Source: Deltaproteobacteria bacterium
Lineage (GTDB): Bacteria > Myxococcota > Kuafuiibacteriia > Kuafuiibacteriales > Kuafuiibacteriaceae
Reading direction: 5' to 3'
Length of the DNA stretch: 64,000 bases
NCBI GenBank assembly: GCA_040218735.1
Contig: JAVJQW010000046.1
Span: 160,001 to 224,000 of the forward strand
In this document: positions 39,178 to 50,048 of the stretch, piece by piece
Layout of the letters: the number at the start of each line of letters is the position of its first letter
How positions within the stretch are numbered: the stretch's first letter is position 1
Program-made: the position numbers and the translations under genes
The notes under the pieces: generated by a model
Told to the model about the DNA's origin: nothing
Seen by the model: the letters and a program-made list of their open reading frames with translations, nothing else
Database searches by the model: none

Positions 39178-40053
39178 CCACTTCCACACCATCTCGAACG
39201 GCACGAACGCACCGTCCATCTGCATCCCGCAGAACACCGCCTCGTCGAGGACGAGGGGCCCACCGAACAGGAGCGGCACGCGGACCGCGCTCGCCGCCGG
39301 GTACTGGATGCTGCCGCGCCACTCGACGTCGACGCGGTCGGCCGTACGACGCACGGTGATCTTCGCGCCGGGCACGAGGAGCGCGAGCGCGACGCGCCAG
39401 GTGGTGTCGGGGTTGGCGTAGCCGCCGCGGATGACGTGAGGGGCGGAGCGCGACTCGCCGACCGGCGTGTCCTTCGCGAGCCGACGCACGATACGCCGGA
39501 CGTTGGCGGACGCCATCGCGAAGTCCGACTCGAGCACCAGCGGGTCGCCGGTCGCCGCGCCGCCGCGGCAGAGGCGTCGACGCTTCACGAGCGGCTCGGC
39601 CTGTCGCGCGCGTTCGGACGCTTCCGTCCCGCGGTGCGCGAGCTCCAGCGTCTCGCGCGCGACCTCGGGGAAGCCGACGAGGGCGCCGCCGATCGCCATG
39701 TGGAAGTTCGCCCAGCGCACCGCGAGGCGCTGGCGCGTCGTGAACACCGCTTCGCCATCGCGCGGCGCGGGGTGACCGGCGCACGTTCGATCGGATCCGT
39801 TCGAGAGTCGTACGCGGCAGCTCATGGCCTTCGTCTCGGCCGCGAGCTGCGCGAGCCCGAACGTCACGGCCACCGCGAACGCACCGAGGACGATCGGCGT
39901 TCGGCGCCGCACGAACAACGCGACGGCGCCGGCGACGAGCGCTAACGTCAGCACCCACGCCGCGAACAGCGCCGCGCTCGCGGCGACGTGCACCAGGACC
40001 ATCGCGACGATGACGCGGAGGACGAGCTCGACGACCTGGGTGCGGGCGTTCAC
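39163..40053 (-). CDS. Hypothetical membrane protein
   Basis: Three N-terminal hydrophobic segments; the GTG overlaps the pth2 stop. Confidence 0.6.
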   Translation of the reverse strand: MNARTQVVELVLRVIVAMVLVHVAASAALFAAWVLTLALVAGAVALFVRRRTPIVLGAFAVAVTFGLAQLAAETKAMSCRVRLSNGSDRTCAGHPAPRDGEAVFTTRQRLAVRWANFHMAIGGALVGFPEVARETLELAHRGTEASERARQAEPLVKRRRLCRGGAATGDPLVLESDFAMASANVRRIVRRLAKDTPVGESRSAPHVIRGGYANPDTTWRVALALLVPGAKITVRRTADRVDVEWRGSIQYPAASAVRVPLLFGGPLVLDEAVFCGMQMDGAFVPFEMVWKWSVLD

Positions 40054-40838
40054 GCGAGCTTCGTCGCGACGGCGCCGTCGGGGCCGGTGATACTGTCGAT
40101 CTCCTCCACCTCCGCCGGTCCGATCGCTACGGTGGTGCGCGTCGGGACGCCGCCGAACTCCGTTCGCCCGGAGTCGGTGATCAGCGTGGTCGGGAGCTGC
40201 ATCGCGGTCGCGCGTTCGTGCGCGGCCAACAGATCCTCTTCGGTCTCGACCGACAGCACGACCTTCGCGAACCCGCGCCGGCTCCAGATCTCCATCGGTC
40301 CGTCGAGCGGAATGGAGAGCGCGCCGTCCTCGCCCTGGTCGCGCCGGAAGAACACCGCGAGCGAAGCGTGCGCGCACTGGGCAGCGATCTTGCCTTTGCG
40401 CATCTTGAGGTCACGTCGGTACAGCAGCACCTGCTTGGTCTTCGCCGGGCGGTACATCGCGCTGAACGCCGTCCATCCGTCCTCGCCTCGCAACGCTTGG
40501 TGAATCTCCATCCCGCCGTCGACGATCGTCCGCCGCGCGCGGTGCAGCTCGACGTCGCCCTTCGCGACGACCGAGTGCAGGCCCTCGTCGTCGATCGTCG
40601 TGGTGAGCGTCGAGCTCGGATCCTGCGGGAGCGGGTGCGGTCTTCCGTCCGGTATCGCGTCGAAGGCCACGCTCGCGGTCTGTTCGCCGAGTGTCCAACG
40701 CGCGAAGAACCGGAGCCGCTCGGCGTCGCCGAGGACCGTGTAGATCCCGCGCGAAGGCTTGGGCGTGTCGCCGTACTCGGAAGCCTCCGGGTCGAGGCGC
40801 CACAGACCGAGGTAGGGGGCGACGGCCAAAGCTGCCAT
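40050..40838 (-). CDS. pth2: Peptidyl-tRNA hydrolase Pth2 with an extra N-terminal beta domain
   Basis: RRDLKMRKGKIAAQCAHAS, KVVL, DSGRTE and TVAIGP. Confidence 0.88.
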   Translation of the reverse strand: MAALAVAPYLGLWRLDPEASEYGDTPKPSRGIYTVLGDAERLRFFARWTLGEQTASVAFDAIPDGRPHPLPQDPSSTLTTTIDDEGLHSVVAKGDVELHRARRTIVDGGMEIHQALRGEDGWTAFSAMYRPAKTKQVLLYRRDLKMRKGKIAAQCAHASLAVFFRRDQGEDGALSIPLDGPMEIWSRRGFAKVVLSVETEEDLLAAHERATAMQLPTTLITDSGRTEFGGVPTRTTVAIGPAEVEEIDSITGPDGAVATKLA

Positions 40839-40922
40839 TAAACTACCGAACTACGCCGACCCGCACCATCGGCGTGATGACGCCTGGCGTCGCGCGCTCA
40901 CGGGCGGCAGAACGTGCCTCCC

Positions 40923-42005
40923 ATGGCGGAACGTTCGCTCGTCGAGACCATCGGTGCCCTCGAGCCCGCCGCGCTGGGGCGCGTGATCCACCACGTCGGG
41001 TTGGAGGACTCCGCGGCGCTGGTCGCCCTGACCAGCCGCGAACAGCTCGAGGGGCTCTTCGACGACGACCTGTGGCCCGAGGACGTCTTCGCCCCCGACC
41101 GGTTCGCGCTGTGGCTCGAGCTGATGCTGGAGGCCGGCGACGCCTGGGCGGCGGACCGCCTCGCCGGACTCCCGGACGACCTCGTGCAAATGGCCTTCCA
41201 CCGCCTCGTCATCGTGCTGCGGCTCGAAGAGCTCGTCCTCACCTCCAACGCGCGCGACCGCGCCCACGCGGAGCGCATCGAGGCCGCCCTCGACAGCTGC
41301 CCGAGCGAGGAGCTCGGCGACTACGTCATCGTCGCGCGGCAGCCCGACGGCTGGGACGCCATCTTCGGCGCTCTGGTCGCGCTCCACGACCACGAACACG
41401 ACGCGCTCGTTCGCCTCCTCGAAGCGTGCGCCGAGCTCGCGCTCGACGAGGTCGACGAAGTCGGGGGCCTCTACGAGATGCTGACGGCCGCCGCCTCCGC
41501 CGCCGAGGACGCGCTCGACGGGCGCGACACACGTCGCCGCCGCCGAGGTTTCGTCGCCGCGGAGGACGCACGGAACTTCTTCACGGCGCTGTCCCGCGCA
41601 ACCCTCGACGAGGTCGTCGCGACGCCGGGCGACGGGCTCTTCCGCGCGTACCGCCGACAGCTCGACGAAACACCGGCGCTCGACGAGGCGGCGCTGTTGT
41701 CGATGCTGCGGGACGCGGGGGTGAAGGTGCCCGATGCGCCGCGTCGCCTCCCGGGGCCGCCGACGGCGTTCGAGCGGGCGATGGCCGCGCTCGCCGAGTC
41801 CGATCCGGAGGGCTTCGAAGAGGCCAACGAAGCGCTCGCGTTCCTAGGCAACCTCGCGCTCGCCGCGCGCTCCGAGCTCGGCGCGGCGGAGGCCGCGCGC
41901 GACGTGGTGGTGAAGATCGAACGCGGGATGCAGCACCTCGCCGTCGATCGATTCGACGACCGCGGGCTCGTCCACCTCTTCCGCGTCGGTTGGAAGCTCG
42001 GCTAA
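40923..42005 (+). CDS. Hypothetical acidic helical protein (DUF6178-like)
   Basis: GLEDSAALVALTSREQL..FD.DLW and ELAFLGN-like motifs; family recalled from memory. Confidence 0.6.
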   Translation: MAERSLVETIGALEPAALGRVIHHVGLEDSAALVALTSREQLEGLFDDDLWPEDVFAPDRFALWLELMLEAGDAWAADRLAGLPDDLVQMAFHRLVIVLRLEELVLTSNARDRAHAERIEAALDSCPSEELGDYVIVARQPDGWDAIFGALVALHDHEHDALVRLLEACAELALDEVDEVGGLYEMLTAAASAAEDALDGRDTRRRRRGFVAAEDARNFFTALSRATLDEVVATPGDGLFRAYRRQLDETPALDEAALLSMLRDAGVKVPDAPRRLPGPPTAFERAMAALAESDPEGFEEANEALAFLGNLALAARSELGAAEAARDVVVKIERGMQHLAVDRFDDRGLVHLFRVGWKLG

Positions 42006-43054
42006 CGCAAGAAGGCCGCGACGCGCGCGGCGAGGTCCCGCCGCAGGTCGCTCCTGAACAGCGAGTAGTCGTAGATGTGCAGGTCGTCGCCGCGCACCGA
42101 GACCTCGTCGTCGTAGATGTCGACCTCCAGCAGCCCGCGCTCCGTGCATCGGGTGCTCAGCGCGGATCGGTGCACGGGCGCGCCGTCGCCTTCGGAGCTC
42201 AGCCGCGCCGCGCCGCCGTGCGCGGAACGTTCGCTCCACGCAGTGCCGACCGCGCCCGTTACCGGGTTCGTGCAGGTGAGCGTCGGCATCGCGAACGTCG
42301 TCGGGCCGGACGGCGTCCAGGCGCGGACCTGGTCGAACCGCGACGGCGCTTCGTTGGCCTTCACCGAGTTGTAGACGATCCAGCACCCGGCCTCGTCCCG
42401 GTCGCTGCACGGCGAGAGCCCCGGCAAGGCGTCGGCGACGACGTCCGTCGGGACCAGCGCACCGACGACGTACCCCGCGACGAGACGATCGCGCAGGTCA
42501 CCGTGTGCGAAGCGCTCCGAGAGCAGCCGGTACGCGTGCTGCGCGCCCTGGCTGTGGCCCGCGATGACGATCGGGCGCCCGTCGCCCCACGCCGCGAGGT
42601 AGTGCTCGAAGGCCGCGAGCACGTCGCCGTAGGCGAGGTCGAGCGCGGCGTCGCGGCTGTCCTGATCGTCGCCGAGGTACGAACCGAGCGTCGCCTGACG
42701 GTAGCGCGGCGCGAACACGCGCGCGTGTCCGTTGAAGACACTCGCCTGGTTGGGGAGCACGTTGTCGTCGGTGCGTTCGTTCGTGCTTTCGTCGTCGATC
42801 GGCTGGTTCCACGACTTGCCGGAGAAGTAGGTCGTCGGGTGGATGAAGAAGACGTCCACCGTCGCCTCGGCCTGACCGTCCGTCTCACCGGCGGCCCCGA
42901 GGTCGGCGTTGTCGTCGCGCCACGGCAGCGCGGCCCAGGCCGCCTCGTCCGTGTAGGTGGGGGCGGGCGGCGGCGTCGACTCCGAGAACGGCGTGCGCGG
43001 GATCAGGCAGCCGGTGAGGGCGAGGGACGCGAACAGGGTCGAAGCGACGCGCAT
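42002..43054 (-). CDS. DUF3089 family alpha/beta hydrolase lipoprotein
   Basis: Lipobox LTGC; DVFFIHPTTY, FAPRYRQAT, GHSQG and HIYDY. Confidence 0.88.
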   Translation of the reverse strand: MRVASTLFASLALTGCLIPRTPFSESTPPPAPTYTDEAAWAALPWRDDNADLGAAGETDGQAEATVDVFFIHPTTYFSGKSWNQPIDDESTNERTDDNVLPNQASVFNGHARVFAPRYRQATLGSYLGDDQDSRDAALDLAYGDVLAAFEHYLAAWGDGRPIVIAGHSQGAQHAYRLLSERFAHGDLRDRLVAGYVVGALVPTDVVADALPGLSPCSDRDEAGCWIVYNSVKANEAPSRFDQVRAWTPSGPTTFAMPTLTCTNPVTGAVGTAWSERSAHGGAARLSSEGDGAPVHRSALSTRCTERGLLEVDIYDDEVSVRGDDLHIYDYSLFRSDLRRDLAARVAAFLR

Positions 43055-43103
43055 ACTTGGATAGACCGGACGGCCCCACCGTAGCGGTCATCCGTGATCG
43101 CGG

Positions 43104-43499
43104 CTACGCCTCGACCATGATGCAGTCACCGACGACGGGGTGCGCGAAGCGCTCCGCGGCCTGCGCCGCCGCGCGATCGAACGATCCCGGCTGCAGCCAC
43201 ACCACCTCGAACGCGTCGGCGTCGAGCCCCTCCAGGATGGCGCGCGTCACGTCGGGCGGCACCACGAAGTCGACGATGTGGATCGGTCCCGGCGCGGCCT
43301 GCACGGTCGGGTAGGCGGTTCGCCCGGCGACCGCGGCCTCGGTCGGGTGGATCGGCACCACGTCGAACCCCTTGCGGGCGAGGTTCAACAGGATCTTGTG
43401 GCCGAACTTTCGCGGGTCGTTGGAGGCGCCGACGATCGCGACGCGGACGTCCCCCGGTTCGCGGTCGAGCAACGCGCGAACGTGGGCGTCGACGGGCAA
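43104..43499 (-). CDS. CoA-binding protein (YccU-like)
   Basis: VAIVGASNDPRKFG, VWLQPG and CIMV. Confidence 0.88.
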   Translation of the reverse strand: MPVDAHVRALLDREPGDVRVAIVGASNDPRKFGHKILLNLARKGFDVVPIHPTEAAVAGRTAYPTVQAAPGPIHIVDFVVPPDVTRAILEGLDADAFEVVWLQPGSFDRAAAQAAERFAHPVVGDCIMVEA

Positions 43500-43501
43500 G
43501 T

Positions 43502-44056
43502 CTACTCGCGGTTCTCGAGCGCGATGCGGAGGCGCTCGAGCTCGGTGCGGATCGTCCCGTCCAGGACGAACGATCCGACCTCGGCGCGGATCCCGCCGAT
43601 GAGGGCCGGGTCCACGGTCACGTTCATCTCGATCTTCTTGCCGGTCCGCTTCTCGAGCGCGCGGCGCAGCTGATCGATCGACCCCTCCGACATCTCGATG
43701 GCGGAGGTCACGTACGCCTGCTCACGACCGGCGCGCTCGTCGGCGAGCTCGTTCACGGTCTTCGCGATCTCGCGGATCTCACGGATGCGATCCTTCTCGG
43801 CGAGGAGGCGGAGGCACCGCTGCGTGAGGTCCGACAGACCGGCGCTGTTCATGACCTGCTCGAGCGCCTTGCTGCGCTCCTCGACGGTCACGGCGGGGTT
43901 CATCAGCAGGTCCGCCAGCTCCGGGACCTCGTCCAGGGCGGCGGCGAGCCCGTTGAGCTCGTCCTTGAGGCTGATCAGGGTGTCGTCGCCCTTGGCGGCG
44001 GCCGACTCCACGAAGGCTTCTGCGTAGCGGCGGGCGGCCGCGCTGGCGAGTGACAT
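43502..44056 (-). CDS. atpH: F0F1 ATP synthase subunit delta
   Basis: ARRYAEA, VTSA and VDPALIGGI...DGTIR. Confidence 0.93.
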   Translation of the reverse strand: MSLASAAARRYAEAFVESAAAKGDDTLISLKDELNGLAAALDEVPELADLLMNPAVTVEERSKALEQVMNSAGLSDLTQRCLRLLAEKDRIREIREIAKTVNELADERAGREQAYVTSAIEMSEGSIDQLRRALEKRTGKKIEMNVTVDPALIGGIRAEVGSFVLDGTIRTELERLRIALENRE

Positions 44057-44069
44057 CTCTTCGGACTCC

Positions 44070-44618
44070 TCAGCTCGGCTGCTTCTCGAGCTCGGTGATG
44101 TACTGGTCGGTGAGGCGCCGGCGGTCGGCGTCCGTGATGCGCTCCTTCACGAGCTGCTCGGCGGCTTCCATCGTCGCCTTCACGGCCTCGCCTCGGATGA
44201 AGTTCTCGACCTTCCGGATCTCCTGGTTGATCGTGAACTCGCTCTCGCGCTGCATCCGCACGATCGCCTTCTCCGTCTCGTCCTTCATCCGCTCGGCGTC
44301 CGCCTTCGCCTCGGCCTCGTAGGCCTCGACGATGCGCTCGACCTCGTCTTCGAGGTTCTCGAGCTTCTTGGCGTACTCCTCGAGGCGCTTCTCGGCCTCG
44401 GCCTGCTTCTGCTTCGCCTCTTCGAGCTGCTTGGCCATGTTGGCGCGGCGGTTCGACAGGCCCTCCCGGACGACCGGGCGGAGCTTCACGGCGAGGAAGC
44501 CGAAGAAGAGGACGGCGTTCGTGATGATGGAGGCGATGACGAACCAGTCCATCTCGCCGTGGCCACCGCCACCGGCGGCGGCGAGGGTGTTCAGGAGGAT
44601 GAGGCCGTTGGGGTTCAC
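44070..44618 (-). CDS. atpF: F0F1 ATP synthase subunit b
   Basis: N-terminal TM followed by a charged coiled coil; adjacent to atpH. Confidence 0.88.
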   Translation of the reverse strand: MNPNGLILLNTLAAAGGGGHGEMDWFVIASIITNAVLFFGFLAVKLRPVVREGLSNRRANMAKQLEEAKQKQAEAEKRLEEYAKKLENLEDEVERIVEAYEAEAKADAERMKDETEKAIVRMQRESEFTINQEIRKVENFIRGEAVKATMEAAEQLVKERITDADRRRLTDQYITELEKQPS

Positions 44619-44619
44619 G

Positions 44620-45048
44620 TCAGACGTTCCTTCCGAGGAGCTTGCTCGCGGTCAGCTCCGCGATCTTCTCCGCTTCGACGATGATGTCGGCGTGCGCTTC
44701 GCGGCGCTTCTTCTCGATCTCGCCGAGGGCGGACTCCAGCTTGCCCGCCAGGACCTTCTTCTCCTCGTCGATCCGGGCGTCCATCTCGGCGCGCGCGGAG
44801 GCGCGGATCTCGTTGCGCTTTTCGATCCCGCGGGCGGTCGCGACCTTGATCTTCTCGTTGAAGGTCTCGGCGCGCTCTTCGGCCTGGGCGAGCATACCCT
44901 CGGCCCGGACGACGGCCCCTTCCAGACGCTCGTGACGCTCCTCGAACAGCTTCAGGAACGGCTTGAAGAGGATCGCGTTCAGGAAGACCAGAGGGATCAA
45001 GAACAGAACCAAAACGAGGATATACGTGACGTTGAGGTCCAGCGACAT
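44620..45048 (-). CDS. atpF2: F0F1 ATP synthase subunit b'
   Basis: FLNAILFKPFLKLFEER, coiled coil, ends KLLGR. Confidence 0.88.
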   Translation of the reverse strand: MSLDLNVTYILVLVLFLIPLVFLNAILFKPFLKLFEERHERLEGAVVRAEGMLAQAEERAETFNEKIKVATARGIEKRNEIRASARAEMDARIDEEKKVLAGKLESALGEIEKKRREAHADIIVEAEKIAELTASKLLGRNV

Positions 45049-45057
45049 CGCGTCGGT

Positions 45058-45086
45058 CCGATAACGACCTCCGCCAAGCGAGTCAA
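45058..45086 (-). promoter_or_regulatory. Putative sigma70 promoter of atpF'-atpF-atpH
   Basis: Minus strand TTGACT-N17-TATCGG, 9 nt before the ATG; same geometry as the atpA promoter. Confidence 0.55.
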
Positions 45087-45148
45087 TCGAAGAGTGTTGG
45101 CAGACTTGGTAGCTCCCGGGGGCCTTCGGGTGGTATTCGTCCAGGACC

Positions 45149-45799
45149 GTGGTCCGCCGCAAACGCGAACCGCTGACCGAGGGGGACCTCGCGAAGCACA
45201 TGGTGAGCATCCGCCGGTATTTGGCCGGCATGCTGCGCCCCGACGAGCTCGAGGACGCCACCCAGATCGTCCTCACGCGCGCGCTGGAGAACCTCTCGAA
45301 GTTCCGCGGCGATAGCTCGCCCCGCGTCTGGATCCTCGGGATCGCGCGCAACGTCGGCTTCGAGGTCGCGCGCGCACGGCAGAAGGAGATCGCCCGGACC
45401 TGGCCGCGCACCGCGAAGGTCCAGGACGGCGACGACCTCACCACCGGTGATCTCCTCGCCGCCGACGGCCCGACCCAAGAGGAGACACTCGGTCGCAAGG
45501 AGCAGCAGGCGCTCGCGCTCGCCGCGCTCGACGGGATGAGCCTCGACGACAAACTCGCGCTCCTCGTCACGTACGTGGATGGCCTCCCGGGTCCGGAAGC
45601 CGCGGAGCTGCTCGGGGTTTCGTTCGCGGCCTTCCGTCAGCGCCTCTCGCGAGCCCGCCAGGCGCTCGCCGTGCGGCTGGACGACCTCACCCGACGCGGC
45701 GCGCCCGGATCCGCCGAAGTGATGGACCAGTGGAAGTCGCTCCTCGATCCGACCGGTGCGGCCGAATCGCTTGACCCCGAGCCCGAAAACACCGGATAG
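45149..45799 (+). CDS. ECF RNA polymerase sigma factor
   Basis: LEDATQ, FRGDSSPRVWILGIARN and EAAELLGVS..AFRQRLSRAR. Confidence 0.88.
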   Translation: MVRRKREPLTEGDLAKHMVSIRRYLAGMLRPDELEDATQIVLTRALENLSKFRGDSSPRVWILGIARNVGFEVARARQKEIARTWPRTAKVQDGDDLTTGDLLAADGPTQEETLGRKEQQALALAALDGMSLDDKLALLVTYVDGLPGPEAAELLGVSFAAFRQRLSRARQALAVRLDDLTRRGAPGSAEVMDQWKSLLDPTGAAESLDPEPENTG

Positions 45800-45812
45800 C
45801 TCGGGTCGCGAA

Positions 45813-47102
<1,290 letters not shown>

Positions 47103-47185
47103 CGCGCCTCCACACTCGCTCAACATCTCCCCGCTACTTCTGAAGACGGCCCGATGCACGGGCCGCCTGGAAGGGGGAGCCTCAT

Positions 47186-47473
47186 TTGAAGCCACGAAAT
47201 CTGCTGTTCGCCGCGCTGCTCGTCAGCGCGTGCGCCGGCGCCGAACCGTCCGACGTCCGCGACGGCGGAGCGCCATCACCATCGCTCGACGGTTCGGCGG
47301 ACCGTGACGGAGTCACGCCGTCATCGGCGAAAACCGTCGTCTTCACACCCATCGCCGCCGGGCAGGCGAGCGGCGGCGCCCACCGCGTCCGGCTCAGCGT
47401 CGGCGCCGTCGCCGTGCGCGGCACCTCGTCCACGATTCGACTCCGCTACGTCCTCGGGAGGGACCACCGATGA
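47186..47473 (+). CDS. Small hypothetical lipoprotein
   Basis: Lipobox VSAC; GGGGAG SD; its stop overlaps the next ATG. Confidence 0.55.
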   Translation: MKPRNLLFAALLVSACAGAEPSDVRDGGAPSPSLDGSADRDGVTPSSAKTVVFTPIAAGQASGGAHRVRLSVGAVAVRGTSSTIRLRYVLGRDHR

Positions 47474-48897
47474 AACGACTGATCACGCTCACCACGCTCT
47501 CCATCCTCGCGTTGTCGACACGGGCCGCCGACGCGCAGGTCCCGGCGCTGCTCCCCGTGCAGGGGCAGCTCACCGACGCGGACGACGCGCCGCTCACTGG
47601 CGACGTCGAGGTCCAATTCGGCCTGTACGACGTCGCGACCGGCGGCGCGCCGTTCTTCTCGACGACCCGAACGCTCACGCTCGCCGACGGCACGTTCGCG
47701 GTGAACCTGGGGAGCGAGGACACGCTCGACTTCGCCGCGTTCCCGGCGTCGGGCGAGGTGTACGTGGGGCTGACGGTGGGCGGCGACGACGAGCTGTCGC
47801 CGCGGGTGCGCGTCGGGACGGTCCCGTACGCGGCGCGCGCCGCGCGCTGCGGCGAGGCGACGACGCTCCAGGGCGCGGCGGCGGACGACTTCGCGACGTT
47901 CGACCACGCCCACGACTACGCGGATCTGACCGGGGTCCCCGCGACGTTCCCGCCGAGCGCGCATGGGCACGCCTGGAGTGAGCTCACCGACGTCCCGGCC
48001 GAGCTCGCGGACGGAGACGACGACACGCTGGGGCAGCTCACCTGCGCCGACGGGCAGAAGCCGGCCTTCACGGGCGGCGGATGGGGGTGCGCGGACGATG
48101 TCGACCCGGTCACGGCGATCGCGACCGCCGACGCGTACGTGCGCAACACGGGCGACGCGATCAGCGGCGACCTGAGGATCAACGGGTCGCCGAACAACGG
48201 AACGCAAGCGGCGTTGACGCTCGAGAACGGTGGATCGGGGATCATGCGCCTCGACGCCAACGACATCGACGTCGCCGCCGCCGAGCTGCGGCTCAACCGC
48301 ATCTCGACGAACACGGTGTCCACCTACGGCACGCTGCGTGCGCGCGGCGATCTGCAGGCCGACGGCGAGGCGACGTTCAGCGCGAACGCGGTGTTCGAGG
48401 GCGACGTGTTGATGACCGGGCCGGTGCGGGTTCGTTCGCCGCTCGTCGTCGCGTCGGGGCGTCCGAGTCGGGGTGAGATCGACCGCCCCGCGGCGCACAT
48501 CATCTACAACGAGGGCCCGACGACCGGTGCAGCCTCGGCGTTGCCCTTCGCGGCGGCGGTGCGGGCGCCCTACTGCGAGGAGTTCAGCGGGTGCACGGTG
48601 GTGCTCATCGAGGGCGGTCACAACGCGACGCAACCTGGCTTGCGCCGCTCCTCCGGCGTCCACCACCTGATGATCGATCCCGTGTCGCAGGTCTGGGTGC
48701 TCGACGGCGGCGGCGGGGGGCGGCAGGGCGCCTACGGCGGCGGGCAGGCCCGTACGGAGATTCTGTCGGTCGGCCGCTGTGCGTTCGCGGCGAATCAAGG
48801 CCTGGCCAACGGGAACACGCTCGACTTCGCCGTGACGAAGGAGATCGCGGACGGCGCGGGCATCAACCGCGTGTGCACCTTGGTGGTGCGGGACTAG
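47470..48897 (+). CDS. Secreted tail-fibre-like (trimeric adhesin-type) protein
   Basis: Signal peptide; VP..L..QG.L.D...F.LY..ATGG and PR..VGTVPYA domain; HxH repeats HAHDYADLTGVP and HGHAWSELTDVP; YVRNTGDAISGDL. Confidence 0.75.
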   Translation: MKRLITLTTLSILALSTRAADAQVPALLPVQGQLTDADDAPLTGDVEVQFGLYDVATGGAPFFSTTRTLTLADGTFAVNLGSEDTLDFAAFPASGEVYVGLTVGGDDELSPRVRVGTVPYAARAARCGEATTLQGAAADDFATFDHAHDYADLTGVPATFPPSAHGHAWSELTDVPAELADGDDDTLGQLTCADGQKPAFTGGGWGCADDVDPVTAIATADAYVRNTGDAISGDLRINGSPNNGTQAALTLENGGSGIMRLDANDIDVAAAELRLNRISTNTVSTYGTLRARGDLQADGEATFSANAVFEGDVLMTGPVRVRSPLVVASGRPSRGEIDRPAAHIIYNEGPTTGAASALPFAAAVRAPYCEEFSGCTVVLIEGGHNATQPGLRRSSGVHHLMIDPVSQVWVLDGGGGGRQGAYGGGQARTEILSVGRCAFAANQGLANGNTLDFAVTKEIADGAGINRVCTLVVRD

Positions 48898-48946
48898 ATT
48901 CGAGAGCGTTGCTCAGCGGCGCCGGACTCGGTATCCCGCCTGCGAG

Positions 48947-50047
48947 ATGTGGCCGTTCGGGAAGAAGAAGAAGAAGCCGACGTCGAAAGTCACGCAGAAC
49001 GCCGACGGGTCGAAGACGTTCGAGATGAGCTTCGAGCTCACCGGCGATCCGCGGCCGGTGGAGAACGCGGTGGTCGAGGCCTTCGACGCCGCGTTGGGTG
49101 GGCTCGGCGGTGAGGTCATGCACGCGATCGATCCGTCGCGTCTGGTGTCCTTCCAGGACGGCGGCCCGCCGGTGTGGAGCGTCGGCTTCGTCGACGTCGG
49201 GGGCGACCGCCCGCATCGGCACCTGCTGACCTACGGCTTCAGTCACGCGCTCTCGCCGGAGCCGCTCCGCGAGGGGATCCGCCACGAGTACTCGCTCGCG
49301 GTCTCGGCCAATACCCCGCCGAACCCGTGGGCCGACGCGCTGCTGAGGCACATCGCGCGCTACGTGCTGAAGAGCGGGAAGGACCTCCAGGTCGGCGACG
49401 TGCTGCCGTGTTACGCGCCGATCACGTACATCCCGTTCCAGCCCCAGGACCACGCGGCGATGCCGGACTCCCCGCTCGTCGCGCTCCTGGTCGCGCCAGA
49501 TCCCGTGTTCGAGTCGATCGAGACCCCCCACGGTGCGGTCGAAGTGCGGCGGCTGATCGGCGTGCACGCCGACGAGTACCGGCGGATCGAGACGTGGTCG
49601 GCGGGGGCCTTCGCAGAGGAGCTCGCGAAGCACGACCCGATGCTGCTCACCGACTCGACGCGCGCGAGCCTGATGGACGATCCGAACGCGCGTGAAGTCA
49701 TCGACCGACGCGCGCGCGAAGAAGGGTCGTCGAACCCGGTGATCGTCGCCGACATGTACTGGGAGGACACCGGAAGCGAGCTCCAGATCGAGTTCCCGGG
49801 GGGCGCCGAAGCGGAGAAGCTCCTCGCGGCGCTGCACGGTCGACTCGACTTCGGTCAGCCGCTGCTCGTCGCGATGCGGACGTCACCGCCGATCACGTTC
49901 ACGCCGGCGGACACGTTCGACATCAACTGGTCGCCCGACGGCTTGCACATCGACGGGCGCCTCGACGACCCGAACCTCGCGCGCATCGTGAGCTTCATTC
50001 GCCCCGACGCGCCCGGGAGCGTGGTGAAGCTCCCGCTGAAGAAGTAA
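48947..50047 (+). CDS. Suppressor of fused (SuFu) family protein
   Basis: HLLTYGFS, LARYV-like IARYV, IETPHGAVE..LIGV..DE, LLTD..RAS and EEGSS; C-terminal LHGRL..G. Confidence 0.85.
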   Translation: MWPFGKKKKKPTSKVTQNADGSKTFEMSFELTGDPRPVENAVVEAFDAALGGLGGEVMHAIDPSRLVSFQDGGPPVWSVGFVDVGGDRPHRHLLTYGFSHALSPEPLREGIRHEYSLAVSANTPPNPWADALLRHIARYVLKSGKDLQVGDVLPCYAPITYIPFQPQDHAAMPDSPLVALLVAPDPVFESIETPHGAVEVRRLIGVHADEYRRIETWSAGAFAEELAKHDPMLLTDSTRASLMDDPNAREVIDRRAREEGSSNPVIVADMYWEDTGSELQIEFPGGAEAEKLLAALHGRLDFGQPLLVAMRTSPPITFTPADTFDINWSPDGLHIDGRLDDPNLARIVSFIRPDAPGSVVKLPLKK

Positions 50048-50048
50048 C

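Noticed and set aside
8364-43501. Single genomic island inserted between atpH and atpA
   Set aside because: No integrase, att repeats or obvious composition shift, and the interval contains housekeeping genes (cydAB, ctpA, pth2).
47470-48897. Prophage, suggested by tail-fibre-like repeats
   Set aside because: The protein has a signal peptide and no other phage genes are nearby.
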